Below are positions 5,938-15,512 of a DNA stretch of 42,744 nt, piece after piece. Each line of letters begins with the position of its first letter. Position 1 is the first letter of the stretch. The translations under genes were made by a program, and so were the position numbers. Under the pieces are notes generated by a model that had not been told where the DNA came from, made no database searches, and was given only the letters and a program-made list of their open reading frames with translations. Source of the DNA: a virus (lineage: Duplodnaviria > Caudoviricetes); the IMG/VR virus record IMGVR_UViG_3300032116_000438, positions 1 to 42,744 of that record; one strand, 5' to 3'.

Positions 5938-7617
5938 ATGTTTAAATCTAACTCAAATCCAATGTTTCGTTCTTCCTTTAGCGAGAGTATTTTCAATCAT
6001 AAATACGCTCACGAAGGTGCTGAGACGTGGGCAGAACTTGCAGTTACTCTTGTAAAAGATGTATGTGGTGATCTTCTGTCGCCAGATGACAATGATCATT
6101 TGGTTCGTGCCATCACTGAACTCAAGTTCATTCCCGGTGGACGCTACCTGTACTACGCTGGTCGTCCTAACAAATTCTTCAACAACTGTTACTTGCTTCG
6201 CGCAGAAGAAGACTCCCGCGAAGATTGGGCTAATCTTTCTTGGAAGGCAGAGTCTTGCCTTATGACAGGTGGTGGTATTGGCGTTGATTATTCTGTTTAC
6301 AGGCCGTCTGGTTCTATTATTAATAAAACTGGTGGTTTTGCGTCTGGCCCGATCCCGAAGATGGAAATGATCAACGAAATTGGTCGGCGAGTTATGCAAG
6401 GTGGTTCTAGGAGATCTGCAATTTATGCATCACTGAACTGGCAGCATGACGACGCACAGGCATTTCTTGCAGCCAAGGATTGGCACTCTATGCCAGTTGG
6501 TAAGACTGGTAAGTCTCTCTGGGATATCAAGCAGGATGACTTCAACTTCCCTGCTCCTCTGGACATGACGAACATCAGCCTGAACTACGACACAGCTTGG
6601 CTGGAGAATTACAAAACGACTGGCGATTCTGGTGCTACGTTTAAACAGAACGTGAGACAGGCAATGGAGTCTGGTGAGCCGGGCTTTAGTTTCAACTTCT
6701 ATGAGCAAGAAAACGAAACACTACGCAACGCATGTACAGAGGTGACCAGTGCTGATGATTCTGATGTTTGCAATCTTGGTAGCATTAATCTTGGACGCAT
6801 AGAGTCTTTGGATGAGTTTCGTGCTATAGTAGAACTTGGAACCAAATTCCTAATTTGCGGAACTTTGAAAGCCAAATTGCCATACTCCAAGATCTATGAA
6901 ACACGAGAGAAGAACCGTCGTCTCGGCCTTGGTCTGATGGGTATGCATGAGTGGCTCATCAAGCGCGGATATAAGTACGAAGTTGTTCCTGAACTTCATC
7001 AATGGTTAGCTTCTTACAAGGAGTTGTCAGATAAAGCGTCAAGAAGTACGGCTGATCGTTTTGGGGTGTCTCGCCCTGTTGCTAATAGAGCTATTGCCCC
7101 AACAGGTAGTATCGGCATTCTCGCGGGTACTTCTACAGGCATTGAGCCAATATTTGCAGTAGCATATAAGCGCAGATACCTCGTTGGCGAGTCAACGTGG
7201 AAGTATCAGTATGTGATCGACAGCGCAGCACAGGAAATGATTGACCTTTACGGCACAAATCCTGAAGACATTGAGTCTGCGATTGATCTTTCTGTTGACT
7301 ATGAGCGTCGTATTAAGTTCCAATACGATGTTCAGAGCTACGTAGACATGTCTATATCATCGACCATTAACCTTCCTTCGTGGGGTTCAGAGCATAATAA
7401 CGAGGATAAAGTGCCCTTAATGGCTGAAACACTCGCTAAGTATGCTCACGGGCTACGTGGATTTACGTGTTACCCAGATGGATCACGTGGTGGTCAACCA
7501 CTCACGTCAGTGCCGTATCATCTTGCGATCCAACACTTGGGTGATGAATTCGAAGAAGCTGTTGGAACTCACGATATCTGTGATATTTCTGGAAAAGGCG
7601 GCTCTTGCGGTGTATAA
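5938..7617 (+). CDS. nrdJ: Ribonucleotide reductase, class II (adenosylcobalamin-dependent) type
   Basis: PGGRYLY..G...NNC, GG.RRSA, RNACTE (NPCxE-like active site), CNLGSINL, RRLGLG, APTGS...GIEP, SISSTINLP and a C-terminal Cys pair; no nrdB nearby. Confidence 0.88.
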   Translation: MFKSNSNPMFRSSFSESIFNHKYAHEGAETWAELAVTLVKDVCGDLLSPDDNDHLVRAITELKFIPGGRYLYYAGRPNKFFNNCYLLRAEEDSREDWANLSWKAESCLMTGGGIGVDYSVYRPSGSIINKTGGFASGPIPKMEMINEIGRRVMQGGSRRSAIYASLNWQHDDAQAFLAAKDWHSMPVGKTGKSLWDIKQDDFNFPAPLDMTNISLNYDTAWLENYKTTGDSGATFKQNVRQAMESGEPGFSFNFYEQENETLRNACTEVTSADDSDVCNLGSINLGRIESLDEFRAIVELGTKFLICGTLKAKLPYSKIYETREKNRRLGLGLMGMHEWLIKRGYKYEVVPELHQWLASYKELSDKASRSTADRFGVSRPVANRAIAPTGSIGILAGTSTGIEPIFAVAYKRRYLVGESTWKYQYVIDSAAQEMIDLYGTNPEDIESAIDLSVDYERRIKFQYDVQSYVDMSISSTINLPSWGSEHNNEDKVPLMAETLAKYAHGLRGFTCYPDGSRGGQPLTSVPYHLAIQHLGDEFEEAVGTHDICDISGKGGSCGV

Positions 7618-7645
7618 CACACTTGCATTATATAACGAATCAGTC

Positions 7646-7682
7646 TACGGAGTAGAGTGTATATAAACCACTCTCTTCCGTA
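7646..7682 (+). other. Intergenic stem-loop
   Basis: TACGGA-GT-AGAGTG ... CACTCT-CT-TCCGTA, directly before the AGGA RBS of the next gene. Confidence 0.45.
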
Positions 7683-7692
7683 GGACTTTAAC

Positions 7693-8481
7693 ATGGACGT
7701 AGTAAATAATCCGAAGCACTACGCTTCTGGTAGGAAATATGAGCCAATTGATATATTGGAAGCATATTTCCCTCAAGAGCCACTTCTGTGGCAGGTTATA
7801 AAGTATTGCTCTAGGTTCAACCGTAAGTCAGATCCACTTATTGACCTTAAGAAGGCAGAGTGGTATTTGTCTCGCAAGATAAACAAGATTCACGCTGGTG
7901 AAGAATATATTCACTACGTAAGTCCTGTTGTTATGGTTGATGTAGTAATAAGCGACTGGTTTGACTCTTATGGTCAAGATCCAGTGGCAAGACATGTATC
8001 TGAAGTAACACGTCGTCTTATGGCGTGTGTACATCATATGCACGAAGATGGTGATATCTTTGAACTTTCTTTGGCTCTGACAGAGCTTAAGTTTGCGATT
8101 GATATGCTCAGTCAACAAAGTTTTTCAAAGAAGTATGATATTGAAGATACTTCTCTGACGTTTGATGAATATCAAGACGATGCTTTGTTGACCGCTATCT
8201 ATTCAAAAGATATCGCTTTAATGTATCCTGCTTTGGGACTATGCGGTGAAGCAGGTGAAGTAGCTGAAAAAGTCAAGAAACTTTATCGTGACAACGATGG
8301 AGTAATTACACCTGAGTTTAAGAACTCATTATGCAAGGAGTTAGGTGATGTTCTTTGGTATGTTTCGGCCCTTAGTAAAGATGTTGGACTCAGCCTCAAT
8401 GAAGTTGCGTTCGGAAATCTTGCAAAGTTGGCAGATCGACAGTCACGAGGTAAACTTAAAGGAGACGGTGATGAACGCTGA
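7693..8481 (+). CDS. DUF3310 (T7 gp1.7/SaV-like) domain fused to MazG-like NTP pyrophosphohydrolase
   Basis: N-terminal VNNPKHY.SG..EPID...IKY..R...K.....DLKKAEWYL; C-terminal YPALGL.GEAGEVAEKVKK..RD...KELGDVLWYV...N..KL.DR..RG.L.G.GD.R. Confidence 0.85.
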   Translation: MDVVNNPKHYASGRKYEPIDILEAYFPQEPLLWQVIKYCSRFNRKSDPLIDLKKAEWYLSRKINKIHAGEEYIHYVSPVVMVDVVISDWFDSYGQDPVARHVSEVTRRLMACVHHMHEDGDIFELSLALTELKFAIDMLSQQSFSKKYDIEDTSLTFDEYQDDALLTAIYSKDIALMYPALGLCGEAGEVAEKVKKLYRDNDGVITPEFKNSLCKELGDVLWYVSALSKDVGLSLNEVAFGNLAKLADRQSRGKLKGDGDER

Positions 8482-8734
8482 AACAAGTATTAATATCGAT
8501 ATCTTCCCAGAACTCGACGATGAAGGTATTTCATTGGTCATGGTTTTCCCTGATGATGGCAGCACTGCTGAATTCTTCTCGTGGGATGATATCATTGAAG
8601 ACATGTTTGAAATGTCTTCGCTTGAAAACGATGGTAAGATTCCAGACGCGGATAAGGAATATCTTATGAGTGTTGCAGCGTCTATGACTGATGCTGCTAA
8701 CACAATTCGGACTCGTGTAATTGAATCAATTTAA
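8471..8734 (+). CDS. Acidic hypothetical protein
   Basis: Start at 8471 after GGAG; 87 aa, very D/E rich; overlaps the terL start. Confidence 0.7.
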   Translation: MNAETSINIDIFPELDDEGISLVMVFPDDGSTAEFFSWDDIIEDMFEMSSLENDGKIPDADKEYLMSVAASMTDAANTIRTRVIESI

Positions 8735-10184
8735 TATCAATAGTCTACAAGAACTACACCGGGCTATTGAGATTCTGCAGCGTAAAGAGCAGGTCGAAGC
8801 AGCCCGGTCAAGTCTTGTAGAATATTGCAAGTTACAATACGACGGATATAAAGATCCACCACACATTAAGCTATTGGCTGAAAAGCTTGAAGCTGTAGAG
8901 CGTGGTGAAATCAAACGACTAGCAATTTCATTGCCACCAAGGCATGGAAAGTCTGCTCTTACTTCAGAGAACTTCCCAGCTTGGTACATGGGTAGGAATC
9001 CTAGCAAGTACGTAATCTTCGCGACATACGCGCAAGAACTAGCGGATGACTTTGGACGTAAAGTACGTAACCAAATCCGAGATGAAGAGTTATACCAGAA
9101 GATATTCCCCGGAACATTTCTAAGCGGTGACTCTCAATCCGCTAGACGCTTCATGCTCAACGACGGTGGTACATACTTCGCCGTTGGTGCTGGTGGTCCA
9201 ATCACTGGTCGTGGTGCTCATCTTCTGGTTATTGATGACATTATTAAAGGTCGTGAAGACGCAGACTCATCTGCCATTCGTAGACAGGTTATTGATTGGT
9301 ATAAGTCAGTAGCATATACTCGTCTTATGCCCGGTGGTGCAATTATTATTATTGGCACAAGATGGCACGAGGAAGATCTAATTGGTTGGGTTATTGCTAA
9401 TTCACCTCATGAACAATGGGATGTCGTCAACTTACCAGCCATCGCAGAGGACGATGATGTCCTTGGTCGAGAAGAAGGCGAAGCTCTTTGGAAAGAGTCT
9501 TATCCTGTTGAGCGTCTGCTTGAAATTAAAAACACAGTTGGAAGCAGAGAGTGGTCTGCGCTATTTCAGCAGAGTCCTACAGCGGAAGATGGAAATATCT
9601 TCAAGCGCGAATGGTGGCAGTGGTGGGACAAGTCTCAACCGCCAGACTGTGAATATGTAATCCAATCATACGATACTGCTTTCTCTATAAAGACATCAGC
9701 AGATCCAACATCAATACAAACTTGGGGCATCTTTCTTAAGGACGACGGACCACACGCAATACTTCTGCATCGTTTAAACAGACGAATGGAGTTCCCTCAG
9801 CTACGTTCGGAAGCTCAACAGTTGTATAAGGATTGGAAACCTGATAATGTAATCATTGAGAAGAAAGCTTCAGGTCAATCTCTCATACAAGATCTTCGTC
9901 GTGCTGGTATTCCCATTAACGAGTATTCTCCAGACAGGGATAAAGTTTCACGAGCACATAGCGTCGCACCACTTGTCGAGTCTGGTAGAGTTTGGATTCC
10001 AAAAAAAGCTTGGGCTGAAGATTTTATTAACCAACTTACATCATTTCCTAACGGTCGTAATGACGACGATGTAGATGCATTTACACAAGCCATGATCAGG
10101 CTTAAGTCTGGGTGGTTCTTACAACACCCAGAAGACCCGGAAGAAGCAGACTACGAGATTCCTACTAGGAAAGCTTACTGGTAG
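8721..10184 (+). CDS. terL: Terminase large subunit
   Basis: Walker A PPRHGKS, G.GG.ITGRGA.L..IDD, TRWH.EDL, SYDTAF, IEKKASG..LIQ, FPNG.NDD.VDA nuclease motifs; TTG start. Confidence 0.95.
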   Translation: MNQFNINSLQELHRAIEILQRKEQVEAARSSLVEYCKLQYDGYKDPPHIKLLAEKLEAVERGEIKRLAISLPPRHGKSALTSENFPAWYMGRNPSKYVIFATYAQELADDFGRKVRNQIRDEELYQKIFPGTFLSGDSQSARRFMLNDGGTYFAVGAGGPITGRGAHLLVIDDIIKGREDADSSAIRRQVIDWYKSVAYTRLMPGGAIIIIGTRWHEEDLIGWVIANSPHEQWDVVNLPAIAEDDDVLGREEGEALWKESYPVERLLEIKNTVGSREWSALFQQSPTAEDGNIFKREWWQWWDKSQPPDCEYVIQSYDTAFSIKTSADPTSIQTWGIFLKDDGPHAILLHRLNRRMEFPQLRSEAQQLYKDWKPDNVIIEKKASGQSLIQDLRRAGIPINEYSPDRDKVSRAHSVAPLVESGRVWIPKKAWAEDFINQLTSFPNGRNDDDVDAFTQAMIRLKSGWFLQHPEDPEEADYEIPTRKAYW

Positions 10185-10193
10185 CACATTTCG

Positions 10194-10222
10194 TTGACGT
10201 TTTGTAAGTTACATGTTATAGA
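10194..10222 (+). promoter_or_regulatory. sigma70-type promoter for the head genes
   Basis: TTGACG-N17-TATAGA with extended -10 TG at 10214-10215. Confidence 0.65.
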
Positions 10223-10274
10223 ATACTTATTGTGCCGTGTTTAAACATACGGTGTTTATGGAAAAATCTTTCAA

Positions 10275-12659
10275 ATGGTAGATACAGCCGTAGTGCTTAA
10301 TGATATTGATGAGAATCAAGAGACTGAAATCATTATGGAGCCAGATGGTTCTGTAATTATTAACGTTGGCCCAGAAGACTCTGAAGAGCCTGAGTTTAGT
10401 GAAAATCTTATTGAATACATGGAATCTGAGGATGTTGAAGAAATTGCATCTGACCTTATCGATGGATTTAAGAACGACCTAGAATCCCGCAAGGATTGGG
10501 AAGCTACATATAAAGAGGGTATTCAGATCCTCGGTCTTAAGCTTGAAGATGTAGACTATCCATTTCCGGGAGCGTGTGCCGCACATCACCCAATGATGCT
10601 TGAGGCAGCACTGCAGTTCCAAGCACGGGCAATTTCTGAACTATTCCCCGCTGGTGGACCAGTAAAATCAAAACTTATGGGTACTGCGTCACCTGAAACC
10701 TTGTCTCAGGCTGATCGTGTTCGTGATTACATGAACTATCAACTCACAGAAGAAATGGAAGAGTATTTTGATGAACTTGACACGATGTTGTTCCATCTAC
10801 CGCTCTCTGGTAGCACGTTTAAAAAGACTTATTACGATTATCACTTTGAACGTCCAGTCTCTAAGTATGTTCCTGCAGAAGATTTTGTAATTTCTTACCA
10901 TACAACGGATCTTAAAACCTCCCCAAGGTTCTGTCACATCATTCGTATGGATGAAAATGAAGTCCGTAGGCATCAAGTCAGCGGTTTCTATGTAGATATT
11001 GATCTTGGTGAGCCAAAGAATGACAAAGACAACGAAGTACGCGAAGCAAAAGAAGAAATTATTGGTATTAAGAGGTTTGAATCCAAGGGAACACGTAAAC
11101 TCCTTGAATTTCATGTAGATCTTGACATTGAAGGCTTTGAAGACCTTGATGACGAAGGTGAACCTACCGGAATTAAGCTTCCATATGTAGTTACAATTGA
11201 CGAATCTACCGAAGAAGTGCTGTCAATTCGTCGTAATTATGAAGAAAATGACCCTAAAAAGCAGAAACTAATGTGGTTTACACATTACAAGTTCCTTCCG
11301 GGGCTTGGTTTCTATGGCATGGGTTTGCCACACATTCTAGGCAATTTGCAGAAGACCTCAACTGCTATTTTGCGTTCTTTGGTCGATGCTGGTCAATTTG
11401 CCAACCTTCCAGCAGGATTTAAGGCTCGTGGAGTTCGTATCGATGGTGGTGATACACCGTTGTCGTTCGGCGAATTCCGTGATGTGGAAGGCTACGGGGA
11501 CGATCTGAACAAGGCTATCATAACGATACCCGTAAAAGAGCCATCTCAGACCCTGTTCCTTTTGCTTGGTCGTATCATTGATGACTCTCGCCGTCTTGCG
11601 TCAGTCGCTGATATGAATGTCTCTGACATGAATAGTGAAGCACCAGTTGGTACTACACTTGCCATGATGGAGCAGGGCGTAAAGGTGATGTCTGCTATTC
11701 ACAAGCGTCTTCATCGCGCACAGCGTATGGAATTCAAGATTCTTTCACGTATTAACCGTGACTTCCTACCAGAAGAGTATCCATACGACGTTGAAGGCGG
11801 TGAGAGAACTATCTTCAAGGCAGACTTTGACAGCCGTGTAGACGTTCTGCCTGTGTCAGATCCTAACACTTTCTCTGAGTCTCAACGTATCTTGAGAGCA
11901 CAGACACAGTTGCAGTTGGCTACGCAACTTCCACAGCAGCATGATCTTCGTGTAGCTGTCAGGCGTATGCACGAAGCACTTGGTACTTTGAACATTGAAG
12001 AAGTACTCGCTCCAGAACGTGGAGCCAAGCCAATGGACCCTGCGACAGAGCTATTCACGGTCATGAACGGTAATCCTATCAAGGCTTATGCGTATCAGGA
12101 TCATAATGCTCATGCACAGTCTCATATGGCACAGCTACAGATTGTGCAGGGAATGGCAATGCAGAATCCTGCACTGCAACAGGTAATACCAATGCTCTTG
12201 GCACACGTCGCAGAGCACCAAGCTTACATGATTCGTCAACAGGTAGAAGCAGTTTCCAACATAAATCTTAACCCTGCTCCTGACTACGATAAGTCTAATC
12301 CTTCGAAGGATGATGAATACGTTACTCTTAATCCTGAAGTCGAGACGTTCATTGCACAGAAACAAGCTTTGGCAATGCAACAGTTGGCTCAACAGGCTGC
12401 ACAAATGGCTCAGATGCAGCAGCAGCAACAGGCTGCACAAGATCCAGCAATGCAAATGGCACAAGCAAAACTGCAGTTAGATGGTGCTAAGTTACAAGCA
12501 GACGTACAAAATGATCAGCAGAAACTAGCTCAGAAGAATCAGGAACATCAAGACAAGCTTTCCATTGAAGTTGCAAAGCTGCAGCAAAAAGGACAGCTTG
12601 ATCGTGAGCAGATGAGGGCAGACCTAGCAACTGTTATAGCAAATAGAGGAACTCAATAA
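10275..12659 (+). CDS. Portal protein (P22-like podovirus type)
   Basis: SRKDWE..Y..G...LG, PF.GAC...HP...EA..QFQA, LPLSGSTFKK.YYD, HYKFLPGLGFYG.G, APVGTTLA..E; Q-rich coiled-coil tail; follows terL. Confidence 0.92.
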   Translation: MVDTAVVLNDIDENQETEIIMEPDGSVIINVGPEDSEEPEFSENLIEYMESEDVEEIASDLIDGFKNDLESRKDWEATYKEGIQILGLKLEDVDYPFPGACAAHHPMMLEAALQFQARAISELFPAGGPVKSKLMGTASPETLSQADRVRDYMNYQLTEEMEEYFDELDTMLFHLPLSGSTFKKTYYDYHFERPVSKYVPAEDFVISYHTTDLKTSPRFCHIIRMDENEVRRHQVSGFYVDIDLGEPKNDKDNEVREAKEEIIGIKRFESKGTRKLLEFHVDLDIEGFEDLDDEGEPTGIKLPYVVTIDESTEEVLSIRRNYEENDPKKQKLMWFTHYKFLPGLGFYGMGLPHILGNLQKTSTAILRSLVDAGQFANLPAGFKARGVRIDGGDTPLSFGEFRDVEGYGDDLNKAIITIPVKEPSQTLFLLLGRIIDDSRRLASVADMNVSDMNSEAPVGTTLAMMEQGVKVMSAIHKRLHRAQRMEFKILSRINRDFLPEEYPYDVEGGERTIFKADFDSRVDVLPVSDPNTFSESQRILRAQTQLQLATQLPQQHDLRVAVRRMHEALGTLNIEEVLAPERGAKPMDPATELFTVMNGNPIKAYAYQDHNAHAQSHMAQLQIVQGMAMQNPALQQVIPMLLAHVAEHQAYMIRQQVEAVSNINLNPAPDYDKSNPSKDDEYVTLNPEVETFIAQKQALAMQQLAQQAAQMAQMQQQQQAAQDPAMQMAQAKLQLDGAKLQADVQNDQQKLAQKNQEHQDKLSIEVAKLQQKGQLDREQMRADLATVIANRGTQ

Positions 12660-13444
12660 TGAGTATTGCACCAGCATCTATTACTAAAACAGGTAAAACA
12701 GAGCCGTTTGAGCTTCAAGTAGCTCGTGGTCAAATCCCGTGGCATCAAAGCTATGTTGTCTTTGGTTATAACTCTGACCTAGACACTGATCTTGAAACAG
12801 TGTGGCCTCATGGTGGAATTCTTGCATTTCCAGCAGCAGCATTACAATTATCAGTAAGTTCAAGTAGTACTGATGATTCATCTAATGGAACTGGTGCAAG
12901 AACCGTTTATCTTGAAGGACTGGATACAAATCACAATGTAATTTCAGAAACTGTGACACTAAATGGTCAAACTGCTGTCACAACTACAAATTCATATCTG
13001 CATATAAATAACTGCTATGTTGTTACTGCTGGATCTTTGGATTCTGCTGCCGGAACTATTTATTTTGGTACTGGCACTGTGACAGCGGGTGTCCCAGCAA
13101 CAGTTTATGACGTTATTCAATTTAATTATAACTCTCGTATCACAGGAAGTTTTACAGTTCCAGCAGGATATACCGCTTATATAACACAGGGATTATTCTC
13201 GTCTGGTCAAGCATCAGGAACAGGTCCAGTAACAGGTCGTTTAATGACTCGCGGAACAGATGATATCCGTCGCACTGCTGCTGTTACTACTGTGAATAAC
13301 AGTGTAGCAGACTACGTTTTTGAGTTTCCACTTGCTGTCCCGGAAAAGACTACATTGGAAGCACAGGCTACAGGCACTGGAAATAATAACGCTTGTTCAA
13401 GTATGTTTATCTTTGTTCTTATTAAAAATACCGCAGGTGACTAA
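12659..13444 (+). CDS. Putative virion structural protein
   Basis: EPFELQVARGQI..H....FGYN...ETVW; Thr/Gly-rich beta protein commonly found in this head module. Confidence 0.7.
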   Translation: MSIAPASITKTGKTEPFELQVARGQIPWHQSYVVFGYNSDLDTDLETVWPHGGILAFPAAALQLSVSSSSTDDSSNGTGARTVYLEGLDTNHNVISETVTLNGQTAVTTTNSYLHINNCYVVTAGSLDSAAGTIYFGTGTVTAGVPATVYDVIQFNYNSRITGSFTVPAGYTAYITQGLFSSGQASGTGPVTGRLMTRGTDDIRRTAAVTTVNNSVADYVFEFPLAVPEKTTLEAQATGTGNNNACSSMFIFVLIKNTAGD

Positions 13445-13728
13445 TGCGTAAAAAGGGAATGGGTATTAAGACATCAGTTAAGTCTGGTAATTTCCTTCCT
13501 ACGAAGTCTGGTGCGGGTATGACTGAGAAGGGTGTTAAAGCATATCGTCGTGCTAACCCCGGATCTAAACTAAAAACTGCCGTAACTGAATCTGATCCAA
13601 GTCCTGCTCGTGCAAAACGTAGGAAGTCTTATTGCGCTAGATCTGCTGGTCAGATGCGCGACTTTCCAGAAGCAGCAAACAATCCGAATAGTCGTCTTAG
13701 ACAAGCTCGTAAAAGATGGAAGTGCTAA
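13444..13728 (+). CDS. Small basic conserved phage protein (DUF6321-like)
   Basis: GMT.KGV.AYRR.NPGSKLK...RRKS.CAR...NSRL..AR.RW.C. Confidence 0.8.
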   Translation: MRKKGMGIKTSVKSGNFLPTKSGAGMTEKGVKAYRRANPGSKLKTAVTESDPSPARAKRRKSYCARSAGQMRDFPEAANNPNSRLRQARKRWKC

Positions 13729-13767
13729 TCGTGATAAATCGTAGTTTAAATATTTTAGGGGAATAAT

Positions 13768-14097
13768 ATGAGAATAGCTGATCCAAGAATGGTTGCAAAT
13801 ATGCCTCCACGCTCTCCAATGCCTCCACGTGCTGGTGCTGGTGGTGCTGGTTTTAGTGGCTTTGGGGGTAGTGGGTCTGGTAATCCTGTAAAGGGTGGTA
13901 TGGCTGGTATGATTGGTGCTGGGCTTAATACATTTCCGGCGAGTGGTCCACGTCCAGCTATGCCAATGCCGGGTTCTGGTGCACTAGGTAGTGGTATGGG
14001 TGGTCCACGTCCACCAATGCGCGGCTTTAAAAAGGGCGGCTCTGTTAAAGGTAAATCTGTACCACAGTCTCAAAAGAAGAATCGTAAAAAAGGCTAA
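13768..14097 (+). CDS. Low-complexity Gly/Pro/Met-rich protein with FKKGGSV motif
   Basis: ORF with GGGGA RBS, in operon. Confidence 0.65.
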   Translation: MRIADPRMVANMPPRSPMPPRAGAGGAGFSGFGGSGSGNPVKGGMAGMIGAGLNTFPASGPRPAMPMPGSGALGSGMGGPRPPMRGFKKGGSVKGKSVPQSQKKNRKKG

Positions 14098-14099
14098 CG

Positions 14100-14432
14100 A
14101 TGATCAATCGTAGTTCAATGTCTCATCAAATCGAAAAGGGAGTACGTAAAGTGCGTGGAATGGGTAAAGCAATGAAGGGTGGCGGTTGCGTCACTGGTAA
14201 GGGTTACAAGCGTGGCGGTATGGTTGCCAACGCCGACGACAGTATGATGGTCGCAGGTAAGGCAGGGATGGCTGCTAAGACGGGTAAAGCACCAAAGACA
14301 CTCCGTGGTAAGGCTCGTCCTGCAATGGCTCCTAAGCCCATGCAGAAGGCTATGTCGCCACAGATGCCAATGCCTCCAATGTCGGATCAGATGATGCGTT
14401 ATGGCGGTATGGTTAAGGGAAAGATGAAATAA
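14100..14432 (+). CDS. Basic Met/Gly-rich protein with repeated xxGGxV motifs
   Basis: Contains MKGGGCV, YKRGGMV and MRYGGMV. The start could instead be GTG at 14151, after GGAG. Confidence 0.65.
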   Translation: MINRSSMSHQIEKGVRKVRGMGKAMKGGGCVTGKGYKRGGMVANADDSMMVAGKAGMAAKTGKAPKTLRGKARPAMAPKPMQKAMSPQMPMPPMSDQMMRYGGMVKGKMK

Positions 14433-14587
14433 TGCCCTTGGGTAAAGATGTATCTAAAAACATCAGGGAACTGATGCGCGATAATCAGAAGACTGGCAAA
14501 GAACGTGGCATGGGTGGAAAGCCTCGGTCACGTAAGCAAATGGTTGCTATCGCACTACAAGCTGCTGGTAAGAAGAAAAAGCGTTAA
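14432..14587 (+). CDS. Small basic phage protein (not in ORF track)
   Basis: MPLGKDVSKNIRELMRDNQKTGKERGMGGKPRSRKQMVAIALQAAGKKKKR, 51 aa; S.NI.EL...KQ.VAIAL motif; TAATG overlap. Confidence 0.75.
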   Translation: MPLGKDVSKNIRELMRDNQKTGKERGMGGKPRSRKQMVAIALQAAGKKKKR

Positions 14588-14673
14588 TACAGTATATACT
14601 TTCGTTAGCCAAAGTATTGCGTTTAAAATACTATATGATTACTTGATATATAGTGTTAAAACGTGAGAACAAA

Positions 14674-14940
14674 ATGACGGATACTGTAATTCAACTTAAA
14701 GTAGTTCCAAAAGAAGAGCCTAAGACAGAACAAGAGAACCATGAAAAGATCAAGGAAGATCTTATTAAGGGTTTAGACTCTGTTGGTCCTGTTAGCTGGA
14801 TAGTCGGCATAGCCCGTACTACAGAAGGTAATCTAATAAACTTTGGTTCTACTGTTGACCTAAAGGAATACGTATTTGGAATTAGTGTGCTTCAACATCT
14901 GATGCACCAAGCAATAAATGATTCTATTTCAGATGAATAA
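14674..14940 (+). CDS. Hypothetical protein
   Basis: ATG at 14674 after GAG; overlaps the next gene. Confidence 0.65.
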   Translation: MTDTVIQLKVVPKEEPKTEQENHEKIKEDLIKGLDSVGPVSWIVGIARTTEGNLINFGSTVDLKEYVFGISVLQHLMHQAINDSISDE

Positions 14941-15139
14941 AAATACTGACGTAGAGACATTTGTTTATTACTTGCTTGAAAGAATTCGCAAAGACATTAT
15001 TGGTCAGCAAGAGTCTGTTTATTCAGGAAATGTTTCCTCAATGGAAGATTACAGGTTCAGAATTGGCGTTCTCAAGGGTTTAAACATGTCGATAGACTCG
15101 ATTAAATCTCTAGTCAAGGTGAACGAAGAAGATGAGTAA
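14933..15139 (+). CDS. Conserved small protein preceding GroES
   Basis: G...SMEDYR..IG..KGL pattern typical of this head module. Confidence 0.75.
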   Translation: MNKNTDVETFVYYLLERIRKDIIGQQESVYSGNVSSMEDYRFRIGVLKGLNMSIDSIKSLVKVNEEDE

Positions 15140-15476
15140 AGAACTTTTACCTACGCCATGTGGTTGGCGTATTCTTATTGAGGTTTCTGACATCCAGAAT
15201 GTCACTGCTGGTGGAATCCATATCCCTGATATGGCTAAATCAAATGAGCGAAACCTTACAAGTGTTGGAAAGATCGTAAGGCTAGGAAGTCTTGCCTACA
15301 ATCGTCCAGACCTTGGTATGAATGATCCTTGGGCAGCAGTTGGTGATCACGTAATCTTTGGTCGTTATGCTGGTTCACGCATCGAACTTGATGGCAAGGA
15401 ATATCGTCTCATGAATGACGAAGAAATTCTTGCAGTCATTCCAGAAGAAATCAAGGCAAAGATCAAGCGGGTATAA
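15132..15476 (+). CDS. groES: Co-chaperonin GroES (Cpn10)
   Basis: P.GWRILI, TAGGI.IPD, G.IV..G, VGD.V.FGRYAG..I..DG.EYRLMNDEEILAVI. Confidence 0.9.
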   Translation: MSKELLPTPCGWRILIEVSDIQNVTAGGIHIPDMAKSNERNLTSVGKIVRLGSLAYNRPDLGMNDPWAAVGDHVIFGRYAGSRIELDGKEYRLMNDEEILAVIPEEIKAKIKRV

Positions 15477-15512
15477 CGTTACCTCTTGCAATTTTATCAC
15501 ATGGGGAGTACC

